Source of the DNA: Promethearchaeota archaeon
Lineage (GTDB): Archaea > Asgardarchaeota > Lokiarchaeia > Sigyniarchaeales > SOKP01
Assembly: GCA_048939015.1 (NCBI GenBank)
Contig: JBHLPW010000005.1
Span: 9,632-73,631 of the forward strand
Direction: 5' to 3'
Length of the DNA stretch: 64,000 nucleotides
The notes under the pieces are model-generated. The model saw only the letters and a list, made by a program, of their open reading frames with translations, made no database searches and was not told the DNA's origin. Position 1 is the first letter of the stretch. The number at the start of each line of letters is the position of its first letter. The position numbers were made by a program, and so were the translations under genes. Shown here piece after piece: positions 8,160 to 16,946 of the stretch.

Positions 8160-9086
8160 ATGCTAGAAGTAAATCTATCCGGTTTAAAATTAAAATCTCC
8201 TATTATTTTAGCCTCAGGAATTTTAGGAGTCTCATATTCTTCAATGAAACGAATTATTGATGCTGGAGCAGGCGCTGTCACTACAAAATCTATAGGACCA
8301 AGACCTAGAAAAGGATATAAGAATCCCTCTATTATTGAGATATATCCTGGAACTTTCATAAATAGTGTAGGTTTAGGTAATCCCGGAATCAAAGAATTTA
8401 TCTCAGAGATAAAAGAAATAAAAACTCATAATATTCCTTTAATAGTGAGTGTTTTTGGAAATTCTAATGAAGAATATCTAAATGTAGCAATCGAGGCTGA
8501 AAACGCTGGAGCTGACGCGATTGAAATTAATATTTCTTGTCCCCATGCTGAAGTGTCTTCTATAGGTATTGATAAAGATTTAACTTATGCTATTGTTAAA
8601 TTTCTAAAAAAGACACTATCTATTCCTCTTTTTGTAAAACTGAATCCAAATGTAACAGACATAGTAGAAATTGCTTTAGCAGCTGAGAATGGTGGTGCTG
8701 ATGGAGTTGTTGCTATAAATACATTAGCCGCAATGAAAATAGATGTATATACAAAAAGACCAATCTTATCACATGGAAGCGGTGGGCTTTCTGGGAAATC
8801 AATTAAACCTATAGCTATAAAGAAGGTTTATGATTTATTTAAAATTTTAAAAATTCCAATCATTGGATGCGGAGGGATAGATTCATGGCAAGATGTAATA
8901 GAATTTTTTTTAGCTGGAGCCTCTGCAATACAAATCGGTACTGCTTTATATAATGGAACTGAAATTATAACTGAAATTAATCATGGAATAACTCAATATC
9001 TGAAAAATAATAAATATAACTCTATTAATGAGTTAAAAGGGTTGGCTCATCAGTTTAAAACTCAGGAGGTACCGGATTATGACTGA
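8160..9086 (+). CDS. pyrD: Dihydroorotate dehydrogenase, family 1B catalytic subunit
   Basis: ASG, TTKS, NSVGLGNPG, EINISCPH, VKL, INT, GGLSG motifs. Confidence 0.95.
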   Translation: MLEVNLSGLKLKSPIILASGILGVSYSSMKRIIDAGAGAVTTKSIGPRPRKGYKNPSIIEIYPGTFINSVGLGNPGIKEFISEIKEIKTHNIPLIVSVFGNSNEEYLNVAIEAENAGADAIEINISCPHAEVSSIGIDKDLTYAIVKFLKKTLSIPLFVKLNPNVTDIVEIALAAENGGADGVVAINTLAAMKIDVYTKRPILSHGSGGLSGKSIKPIAIKKVYDLFKILKIPIIGCGGIDSWQDVIEFFLAGASAIQIGTALYNGTEIITEINHGITQYLKNNKYNSINELKGLAHQFKTQEVPDYD

Positions 9087-9933
9087 AAATACAATAATGA
9101 CAGTGGTAATTCAGGAAATTATTGATGAGTGTAAAAATGTCAAAACTCTTGTTTTTAATATGAAAACTAGTAAAGGAAATAATTATATCACCCCCAAACC
9201 AGGACAATTTGTTATGGTATGGCTACCAGGTATAGATGAGATTCCAATGTCCATATCTAACTGTGATAATAATGGAAATTGGTCTATCACAGTAAAAAAT
9301 GTTGGTGATTGTACAAAAGCTATGTATAACTTAAACATTGGAGATTATATAGGTGTAAGAGGCCCATTAGGTAATCATTTTGAGATACCTAATGATAATT
9401 CAAAAAAGATATTCTTAATTGGTGGTGGAATTGGTATGGCTCCTCTTAAATTTCTCTCAACCTACCTTACAGAAAGGAATATAAAACATATTATTATTGA
9501 AGGAGCTAAAATTCATGATGATTTAATATTTATAGAATATTTTAAAGAATCAAAAACCAATTATCGCGAAATTTTTTATTGTACTGATGATGGAAGCTAT
9601 GGAATAAAAGGGATTACAAGTGATGTTTTTAATGAAAATGTAAATCAATGTTACGAAAAAGAACTTTCAAATTTGGTTGTATATTCTTGCGGTCCAGAAA
9701 AAATGCTATATAAATTATTTCAAATATGTCAAGATTATAATTTAGAGTTTTACGCTAGTCTTGAAAGAATAATGAGGTGTGGATGTGGATTATGTGGATT
9801 ATGCGCTTTAGATCCATTAGGTTTACTGGTTTGCAAGGATGGACCAATATTTAACTCGGAAACTCTAAAAAAAATTCAAGATTTTGGAAAATACCAAAGA
9901 GATTTTACTGGTAAAAAAATATCATTAGAGTAA
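9079..9933 (+). CDS. pyrK: Dihydroorotate dehydrogenase electron transfer subunit
   Basis: PGQFVM, RGPLG, GGGIGMAP, TDDGS, CGPE, MRCGCGLCGLC...VCKDGP; overlaps pyrD. Confidence 0.93.
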   Translation: MTENTIMTVVIQEIIDECKNVKTLVFNMKTSKGNNYITPKPGQFVMVWLPGIDEIPMSISNCDNNGNWSITVKNVGDCTKAMYNLNIGDYIGVRGPLGNHFEIPNDNSKKIFLIGGGIGMAPLKFLSTYLTERNIKHIIIEGAKIHDDLIFIEYFKESKTNYREIFYCTDDGSYGIKGITSDVFNENVNQCYEKELSNLVVYSCGPEKMLYKLFQICQDYNLEFYASLERIMRCGCGLCGLCALDPLGLLVCKDGPIFNSETLKKIQDFGKYQRDFTGKKISLE

Positions 9934-10034
9934 TTTTTGAGTTTCTTTTGCACAAAATATTTACTTAATCTTTTAATATATTACTTGAGAAATATAAAAC
10001 CTTTTGGGTAAATCGAAAAGTCTTAACCTCCGAA

Positions 10035-11669
10035 ATGATGGCTCCCTCAGATATAAATAATCATGATATAATCAAAAGAATTTCACAAGAGATTATAGAT
10101 TATTTACTAAAAAATCCAGGGACAACTCGAGAAAAAATTACTAATATTAAGGGAAGAATTGGCAAGAAGTACAATTATAAGAAAGTGATAAAAAACGCGA
10201 CAATCTTAAATTATGCAACACCTGAAGAAAAGAAAAAGATACTTCAGATTCTTAAAAGGAGAAAAACAAGAACTTTATCAGGTGTATCTGTTATAGCTAT
10301 TATGACTAAACCTCTTCCGTGTCCAGGAACCTGTATATACTGCCCAGGAAATGAATCTCAGCCAGGGAAAAAAGCAGCTCAATCTTATACCGGTCAAGAA
10401 CCAGCGGCTATGAGATCTATTCATAATAATTATGATCCTTACTTACAAGTAAAAAGTAGAATTAAAGATTTAGAAGCAATAGGACACAAAGTTGATAAAA
10501 TTGAATTAATCATTATGGGAGGTACGTTTTTATCTACAGATCTCGAGTATCAACAAGAATTTGTGAAGGGGGCTTTGGAAGGTATCATAGATCAAAGAGT
10601 AAATAGTTTAGAAGAAGCAAAAAACCTCGCTGAAACTTCAAAAAGGCGTCTTATAGGAATAACGATCGAGACGAGACCTGACTATTGTAAAGAGAAAGAT
10701 GTAGATCTTATGTTAAATTATGGGACAACTCGAGTTGAATTAGGAATTCAAACAGTCTATGATGACATATTTAAACTTATTAAGAGAGGTCATACTACTC
10801 TCGAAAGTATTGATGCTATAAGAATTGCGAGAGATGCTGGTTTGAAAATTAATGCACATATAATGCCTAATCTTCCAGGTTCTGATTATTTAAAAGATAT
10901 GGATTTATTTGACGAATTGTTTTCAAATCCGGATTATCGTCCCGATATGCTTAAGATATATCCTACTTTAGTAATTGCTGGAACTGAATTATATAATTGG
11001 TGGAAGGAAGGAAAGTATTCACCTTATTCAGATGATAAATTGATTGAATTAATAGCAACGATCAAAAAGAATTTACCTCCCTATGTTAGAATTCAAAGGA
11101 TAATGAGAGATATACCAGCTACATTAATAGAAGCAGGATGTAAGAATAGTAATTTGAGGCAAATTATTCAAGAAAAATTAAAAGAAATAAATGAAACCTG
11201 CAAATGCATTAGATGTAGAGAATATGGAATAAATAAGAGAAAAGAAATTCTCGATGAAAGTGCTTTAAAGAATATTAAGCTATTTAGATTGGATTATGAT
11301 GCTTCCTTAAGTAATGAGGTCTTCTTATCATACGAGAATAAAAAAGAAAATTATTTAATAGGATATCTTCGTTTAAGAAAACCTTCTGAATATACACATA
11401 GACCAGAATTGAATGATGGTAAAACTATGATCGTAAGAGAAATAAAAGTTGTAGGAGAATTAGTCCCAACAAATACAAAACCAAGTCAATTTTCTCAAAT
11501 TCAACACCGCGGATATGGTAAATTATTAATGGAAAAAGCAGAAAAGATTGCTTTCGAAGAATTCGGTGCAAAAAAATTAGCAGTTATTAGTGGTATTGGT
11601 GCTAGGGATTGGTTTTATGAATTGGGATATAACCTGGATGGAGTCTACGTCTCTAAACTTTTTGAATAA
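10035..11669 (+). CDS. elp3: tRNA uridine(34) acetyltransferase Elp3 (radical SAM + KAT)
   Basis: RTLSGV, PCPGTCIYCP, QSYTGQEP, ETRPD, VELGIQ, KIYPT, CIRCRE, QHRGYG, VISGIG. Confidence 0.96.
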   Translation: MMAPSDINNHDIIKRISQEIIDYLLKNPGTTREKITNIKGRIGKKYNYKKVIKNATILNYATPEEKKKILQILKRRKTRTLSGVSVIAIMTKPLPCPGTCIYCPGNESQPGKKAAQSYTGQEPAAMRSIHNNYDPYLQVKSRIKDLEAIGHKVDKIELIIMGGTFLSTDLEYQQEFVKGALEGIIDQRVNSLEEAKNLAETSKRRLIGITIETRPDYCKEKDVDLMLNYGTTRVELGIQTVYDDIFKLIKRGHTTLESIDAIRIARDAGLKINAHIMPNLPGSDYLKDMDLFDELFSNPDYRPDMLKIYPTLVIAGTELYNWWKEGKYSPYSDDKLIELIATIKKNLPPYVRIQRIMRDIPATLIEAGCKNSNLRQIIQEKLKEINETCKCIRCREYGINKRKEILDESALKNIKLFRLDYDASLSNEVFLSYENKKENYLIGYLRLRKPSEYTHRPELNDGKTMIVREIKVVGELVPTNTKPSQFSQIQHRGYGKLLMEKAEKIAFEEFGAKKLAVISGIGARDWFYELGYNLDGVYVSKLFE

Positions 11670-11774
11670 CCTATAAATTAGTGTTCTCAGGTTGAAAGGT
11701 TACTTTCTTATAGTTTTAAATATATTTAATTATCTTTTTTTATAATTTTATATAGTTTAACTCTTACTATATAA

Positions 11775-12893
11775 ATGTCAAGATTTGCATATTGGTGGTA
11801 TTTTATGACTCCGGAAAGACCTTTATCAAAAAAGAAAATAGCGCAGCAAACAATCTCCATTTCACCGGCACTTAAGGATAAAATAGAGAAATATGTTTAT
11901 GAAAATAATAAACGGCATCCAAATGATAAGAGGTTCAAAAGTATTTCAAGATTTTACAACTTTGTTATGGAACGAGTAATGGAAATTTTTGAAAAAGGTA
12001 AAACTCTTGATGATTTTGAAACATTTTTAGATGGTTACCTTAGAAGCTTTTTCGATAATCTCTCTTTTAATGCGATAATTCCCTATTATGAAAATGCGAT
12101 AAAAACAAATCGGTATGAGAGCCCAACACTTGAGAAAAATACGTTTTTCTTTTTTACCCTTAGGAGATTATATACCTCCCATATTAATCCTTATGATATT
12201 AAAAGTATAAATACATTTTTCAGCAGAGTTAGAAATTACATTTTTTCAAATAAGCTTACAAAAGAATTTAGGTTAGATTTATTTACTGGAAAAGGAAGAC
12301 ATGATTTAACTGGAGTCTTTGAACAAGCAGGATTGTATAAAAACCTATCTTTTGAAACCTATAAATATACCGCCGCTTTCTTTGGATTATTGGGTAATAA
12401 AATAACAGATTTTTTATACTCTAGAAAAGATGATTATTGTAGATTTGATTTAAAAGCCACAGAATTGTTTTTCAAGAAAGATTTGGCAAAAAGAGAAAGA
12501 ATCAAACTAATGAATCATAATCTTTCTTATTTTATCAATTATAATAGAGTAATTGAGGATAAAGATTATTACCTATGGATGAAAATGGCAGTTGATAAAC
12601 AAATCTTAATCACTTTTGCCAGTGAAGAAGTTAAAGAAAAATGGGTAAATCTTATAGAAAGTGAAATTGAGAAATTTGGAGAAAAAGAAGATTACCCTCT
12701 TAACCTGCTAAGATTCTTTGAAAAATTACATTGGATTGAAATCAAAAGTGAAAAAGACCTTAGTTTTCAATTTAGATTATCAGATTCAAAATACATAGAT
12801 GAAAGAGAATTTTTATTGGAAACTCTTTCTAAAAAATTTCAAGTCTCTTGTGAAGACGAGAAATATTACTTAAAAAAAATCATGAAACTCTAA
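11775..12893 (+). CDS. Hypothetical regulator with N-terminal RHH-like domain (paralog of 13255-14328); real start may be 11805
   Basis: QQTISISPALK...RFKSISRFYNFVME gives a beta-helix-helix pattern; SD GGTGG precedes the Met at 11805. Confidence 0.7.
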   Translation: MSRFAYWWYFMTPERPLSKKKIAQQTISISPALKDKIEKYVYENNKRHPNDKRFKSISRFYNFVMERVMEIFEKGKTLDDFETFLDGYLRSFFDNLSFNAIIPYYENAIKTNRYESPTLEKNTFFFFTLRRLYTSHINPYDIKSINTFFSRVRNYIFSNKLTKEFRLDLFTGKGRHDLTGVFEQAGLYKNLSFETYKYTAAFFGLLGNKITDFLYSRKDDYCRFDLKATELFFKKDLAKRERIKLMNHNLSYFINYNRVIEDKDYYLWMKMAVDKQILITFASEEVKEKWVNLIESEIEKFGEKEDYPLNLLRFFEKLHWIEIKSEKDLSFQFRLSDSKYIDEREFLLETLSKKFQVSCEDEKYYLKKIMKL

Positions 12894-12901
12894 TTCCCAA
12901 T

Positions 12902-12930
12902 AAAAAAAAAAAGGAGAATTCGTCCTCCTT
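12902..12930 (-). terminator. Hairpin + poly-T terminator on the minus strand
   Basis: AAGGAGGA-CGAA-TTCTCCTT stem followed by a long T run. Confidence 0.55.
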
Positions 12931-13254
12931 AACCCCGCCTTTTTTCCCTCCTTTTACCTTTGTGGCAAGGGCCTCCTGTCATTCCCTTGATCTTTATCTT
13001 AAAAAATTGCCCAATTATAATTTTTTATAAGTATATTTAAAGCTTAATATTAGGTATCATTTTTGTTAAATTAAATATTAAATAACCCTAAAAAGAAGAT
13101 TCATAGAATCTAAAAAGTTTTTATGTGATTAAGAGAAAATGTATCTTGTAAAAGCTATCTAAGTTCTAACTTTCAATTATCCTTAGATATAAACTTACTT
13201 AATTAATCTTTTCAACTAAAATAGATTTAAAATCTATTTCAAATTTAAAGTAAC

Positions 13255-14328
13255 ATGACTAAGAAAAAATACCTTTCGAATAAGAAAACTGCCCAACAAA
13301 CGATTTCAATATCACCCGCACTTAAAGAATGGATCCAAAGATACGTAAATGTACAGTACAGAGAAAATCCAAAGGATGAGAGATTTAAAAGCATCTCCAG
13401 TTTTTATAATAGTGTCATGGAAAATGTTTTAAGAACATTTGATATGGGCAAAACTCTTGATGACTTTGAAAGGGTAGAAGATAAGGAAGTTAGAGATTTC
13501 TTTGAACCTTTCACCTTTAAAGCAACAATTCCTCTCTATGAAATGGTATCAGAAAGTAATCGATTTACTCCTTTTTCTTTTGAATTTACAACTAGGTTTT
13601 TACTTCGATATACAAATTGGTTACGAAAAAATTTTAAACCTGAAAATTTTAAAGGATTGAGTATTCTTTTTGAAAGGATAAGAACTCGATATGGAACTAG
13701 TAACGTTTCTACTGATATGATTTTGGAAGTCATTCCCCGTGAAAAAAACCAACCTATTCGAGGAATATTAGAATTTATAGGAAAACAAAAAAACCTTCAT
13801 TTTGAAAACTGTAAATACTTTGCTGCAATCTTTGGAATGCTAGGAGCAAAAGTAACAGAATTTATATATTCACCTAAAGATTATTATTGCAGACTTGACT
13901 TAGTTGAGACAGAGCTTCTATTTAAAAAGGAACTATTTAAAAAAGAAAGGATCCAACTTCTGAAAGAAAATGTAAGATTTATTATAAATTATGATAGAAT
14001 GCTTGATGATAAAGACAAATATCTCTGGATGAAATTGGCAGAGGATAATGATTTGTTTATAAGCTTTAAAAATGAAAGTGCTTTTATTAAATGGATTAAA
14101 ATTATCGAGGAAGATATACAAAAATTTGGTACGCCTGAAGAATTTCTTAAAAAAATCTTACTGTTTTTTGAAAAAATACATTGGATTAGAATTGAGAGTT
14201 TAAAGGATCAATTATTTCAAATCGAGCAACATATAGAAAAAAATCCTAATCAAAAGCAGTTACTAACTGATTATCTTTCTCAACATGCCCAAATCTCCCA
14301 AAAAGACAAGATTTATTCTTTACAGTGA
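13255..14328 (+). CDS. Hypothetical regulator with N-terminal RHH-like domain (paralog of 11775-12893)
   Basis: Shares QQTISISPALK, RFKSIS, GKTLDDFE, KNLxFE, DYCRxDL, YLWMK and FFEKxHWI motifs with the upstream gene. Confidence 0.75.
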   Translation: MTKKKYLSNKKTAQQTISISPALKEWIQRYVNVQYRENPKDERFKSISSFYNSVMENVLRTFDMGKTLDDFERVEDKEVRDFFEPFTFKATIPLYEMVSESNRFTPFSFEFTTRFLLRYTNWLRKNFKPENFKGLSILFERIRTRYGTSNVSTDMILEVIPREKNQPIRGILEFIGKQKNLHFENCKYFAAIFGMLGAKVTEFIYSPKDYYCRLDLVETELLFKKELFKKERIQLLKENVRFIINYDRMLDDKDKYLWMKLAEDNDLFISFKNESAFIKWIKIIEEDIQKFGTPEEFLKKILLFFEKIHWIRIESLKDQLFQIEQHIEKNPNQKQLLTDYLSQHAQISQKDKIYSLQ

Positions 14329-14425
14329 CTTTCTATATATTATATGTTTATTTAATTCTCTTTCATAAAACATATATAAAAAATGTTAAAGAGGACATTT
14401 TGTTCTAATTATCTTTAATTTAATA

Positions 14426-16822
14426 ATGATTAAAGATTTAAGTGTTTATATAAGAATTTATCTAACATATATTAATCATCTCCTTAGTTTTGGGATAAAC
14501 TTGGTAGTAAAACCGCTAAATAAAGCAATTCATGGTATTCCTCATCTTTCACTCAAAGTACCAATATATTATACTGAGGCGCTTAAAAGGAATAAAGATA
14601 AACCCATGATTATTAGACAAGCCAAAGGATTGAAGAACACATTAGAGAATTTGCCAATTATTATAAGACCTGATGAAATTATTGTAGGAACTTTTGATGA
14701 AGAAATTCCTGTAGCAATTCCTAGACTTGAAGCAAGCGGTTTTAGAATAATGAAAGAATTAGAGATTCTTGATAAAAGAGTAATAAATCCTATAAAAGTA
14801 AAAGATTCAGAGATCAAAATCCTAAGAGAACAAATCGCCCCATTTTATAACAATTTCAAGATAGATAATTTTGCTAGAGAACTTGCCCCAGATTTTGTAT
14901 TCGAAACATCATTTAGTGGATGTGCTTACGTAGCAACTGAGATAGGAGGAATTGCACATGCCGTGATTGATTATCCAAGACTTTTATCTTTAGGATTAAG
15001 AAAATATATCGAATTATCTCAAGAAAAAATAGAGGGATTGAAAGAAAATCCAAATTTGAAATTTGCTGAAAAAATTCCATTTTATGAATCAATCATTATA
15101 ATATCTGAAGCGCTTATAGCATATGCTCAAAAATATGCTAAAGTTGCTAAAGAAATGGCTTCAAAGGAGTCAAATTTATCTAGAAAAGAAGAATTAAGAA
15201 TAATTGCGAGGACTTGCAACAAAATACCAGAATATGCCCCAGATAATTTTCAAGAAGCTATCCAATTTATTTGGTTTATCCATATGGCACTTCATATTGA
15301 GAATTTTGAACATGGAATTTCTTTTGGTAGAATTGACCAATATCTATATCAATATTACCAAAAAGAATCCAAAAATGCTATTCGTCTAATAAAGAATCTT
15401 ATATTAAAAACAAATGAAATTATTGCATTATATGATTCTGTAGCAACTCAATATTTTGGCGGGATGGCTACTACACAGAACATTCTAATCGGAGGAGTCG
15501 ATAAGAATGGAACTGATAACACTAATGAATTAACATATCTTATTTTAAGAGCGATAGATGAATCATCAGTACCCAGTCCTAATTTAGTTATCAGAATCCA
15601 TAAAAAATCACCCTCTCAACTTTATCAAGAGATTGCTAAAGTTCTAGCTAAAGGAAATAATGTTATTGGACTTTATAATGATGAACTTGTTGTAAAAAGT
15701 TTAATGAAATATGGTATTCCATTAGAAGAGGCACGAGATTATGGAGTAGTAGGCTGTGTGGGATTATCTACTTCAGGAACTTCATTTGATAATACTGGAG
15801 CCATCTTTCTTAACTTTGCAAAAGCTATGGAGCTTACCTTAGGAACTGATAAAACAATTATTAGTAATCATATAAAATATAATATTGAACCAACATCCTT
15901 CCAATCAATTGAAGAAATACTAGATGGCTTAAGTTTTAACTTAAAATCTATGATGAGAATGGCTATAACAGCCGCAAATGCATATCAAGAAGCACATAAG
16001 AAATTAAAACCAACTCCGTTAATGTCTCTATGTATTAAAGACTGCTTTGAGAAGGGTGTGGATGTAAATAATGGATCTGCTAAATATAATTTCTCTGGTG
16101 TTCATGTGACCGGTTTTTCTGATGTTATTGATTCCCTAGCTGCGATAGATTGGGCAGTTTTTAAAGAAAAAAAAATATCTATGCAAGTGTTGATTGACGC
16201 ATTAAAGAAAAACTTTCGAGGTTATAAAGATCTTCATAAATATCTTTTGAATAAATGTCCTAAATATGGAAACGATGATGATCGAGTTGATGTCTATGCT
16301 ACTAAGGCTACTGAAACTCTTTTTAAGTCAGTAGAGGGATTCAGAAGCGCAAGAGGAGGAGAATATAGAGTTGGAATTCATGCAATGACTACTCATGTTG
16401 GATTTGGCATTTTTACTGGAGCTCTTCCTTCTGGTCGAAAAAAAGGCAAACCATTAGTTAAGGATGTTGCACCAGGATTTACAGCAAAGCAAGGCCTTAC
16501 TTCAACAATCAATAGTATAACAAAATCTGATCTTTCATTACTTGGAAATGGTTTAGCGTGTACTATAAATATCGATCCTGAGATTGCAAGAACTCAAGAT
16601 GGAAAGATATTAGAATCCTTGTTAAGAGCTTATGTTAAACTAAATGGATCTCATATTCAGTTTAATGCAGTATCTTTAGAGGATCTTAAAGATGCTCAAA
16701 AGTTTCCTGAAAATTACCCGAATTTTATGGTAAGGGTTTCTGGCTATAGTGCCAGATTTATAGATCTTCCTAAAGCAGTCCAAAATGAAATTATATCAAG
16801 ATATTGTTATAAAACTTTATAA
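14426..16822 (+). CDS. Glycyl radical enzyme (PFL2/dehydratase-like family), substrate unknown
   Basis: ISFGRIDQY, Cys loop VVGCVG, GRKKG, HIQFN, Gly loop MVRVSGYSARF. Confidence 0.9.
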   Translation: MIKDLSVYIRIYLTYINHLLSFGINLVVKPLNKAIHGIPHLSLKVPIYYTEALKRNKDKPMIIRQAKGLKNTLENLPIIIRPDEIIVGTFDEEIPVAIPRLEASGFRIMKELEILDKRVINPIKVKDSEIKILREQIAPFYNNFKIDNFARELAPDFVFETSFSGCAYVATEIGGIAHAVIDYPRLLSLGLRKYIELSQEKIEGLKENPNLKFAEKIPFYESIIIISEALIAYAQKYAKVAKEMASKESNLSRKEELRIIARTCNKIPEYAPDNFQEAIQFIWFIHMALHIENFEHGISFGRIDQYLYQYYQKESKNAIRLIKNLILKTNEIIALYDSVATQYFGGMATTQNILIGGVDKNGTDNTNELTYLILRAIDESSVPSPNLVIRIHKKSPSQLYQEIAKVLAKGNNVIGLYNDELVVKSLMKYGIPLEEARDYGVVGCVGLSTSGTSFDNTGAIFLNFAKAMELTLGTDKTIISNHIKYNIEPTSFQSIEEILDGLSFNLKSMMRMAITAANAYQEAHKKLKPTPLMSLCIKDCFEKGVDVNNGSAKYNFSGVHVTGFSDVIDSLAAIDWAVFKEKKISMQVLIDALKKNFRGYKDLHKYLLNKCPKYGNDDDRVDVYATKATETLFKSVEGFRSARGGEYRVGIHAMTTHVGFGIFTGALPSGRKKGKPLVKDVAPGFTAKQGLTSTINSITKSDLSLLGNGLACTINIDPEIARTQDGKILESLLRAYVKLNGSHIQFNAVSLEDLKDAQKFPENYPNFMVRVSGYSARFIDLPKAVQNEIISRYCYKTL

Positions 16823-16946
16823 AATGTATCTTTATTTGTTAGATGTTTGTTAAGTATTTAAGATAAACTGAATTAAAATAACCCAAACCTTTTTTGAAAA
16901 TAAGTATAAGATTTATTACTTTGATTTTATTAAAAAGAAAATTCGA

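Noticed and set aside
10035-11669. Elp3 as the activating enzyme for the nearby glycyl radical enzyme
   Set aside because: It has the full Elp3 rSAM+KAT signature for tRNA modification, not a GRE-activase architecture.
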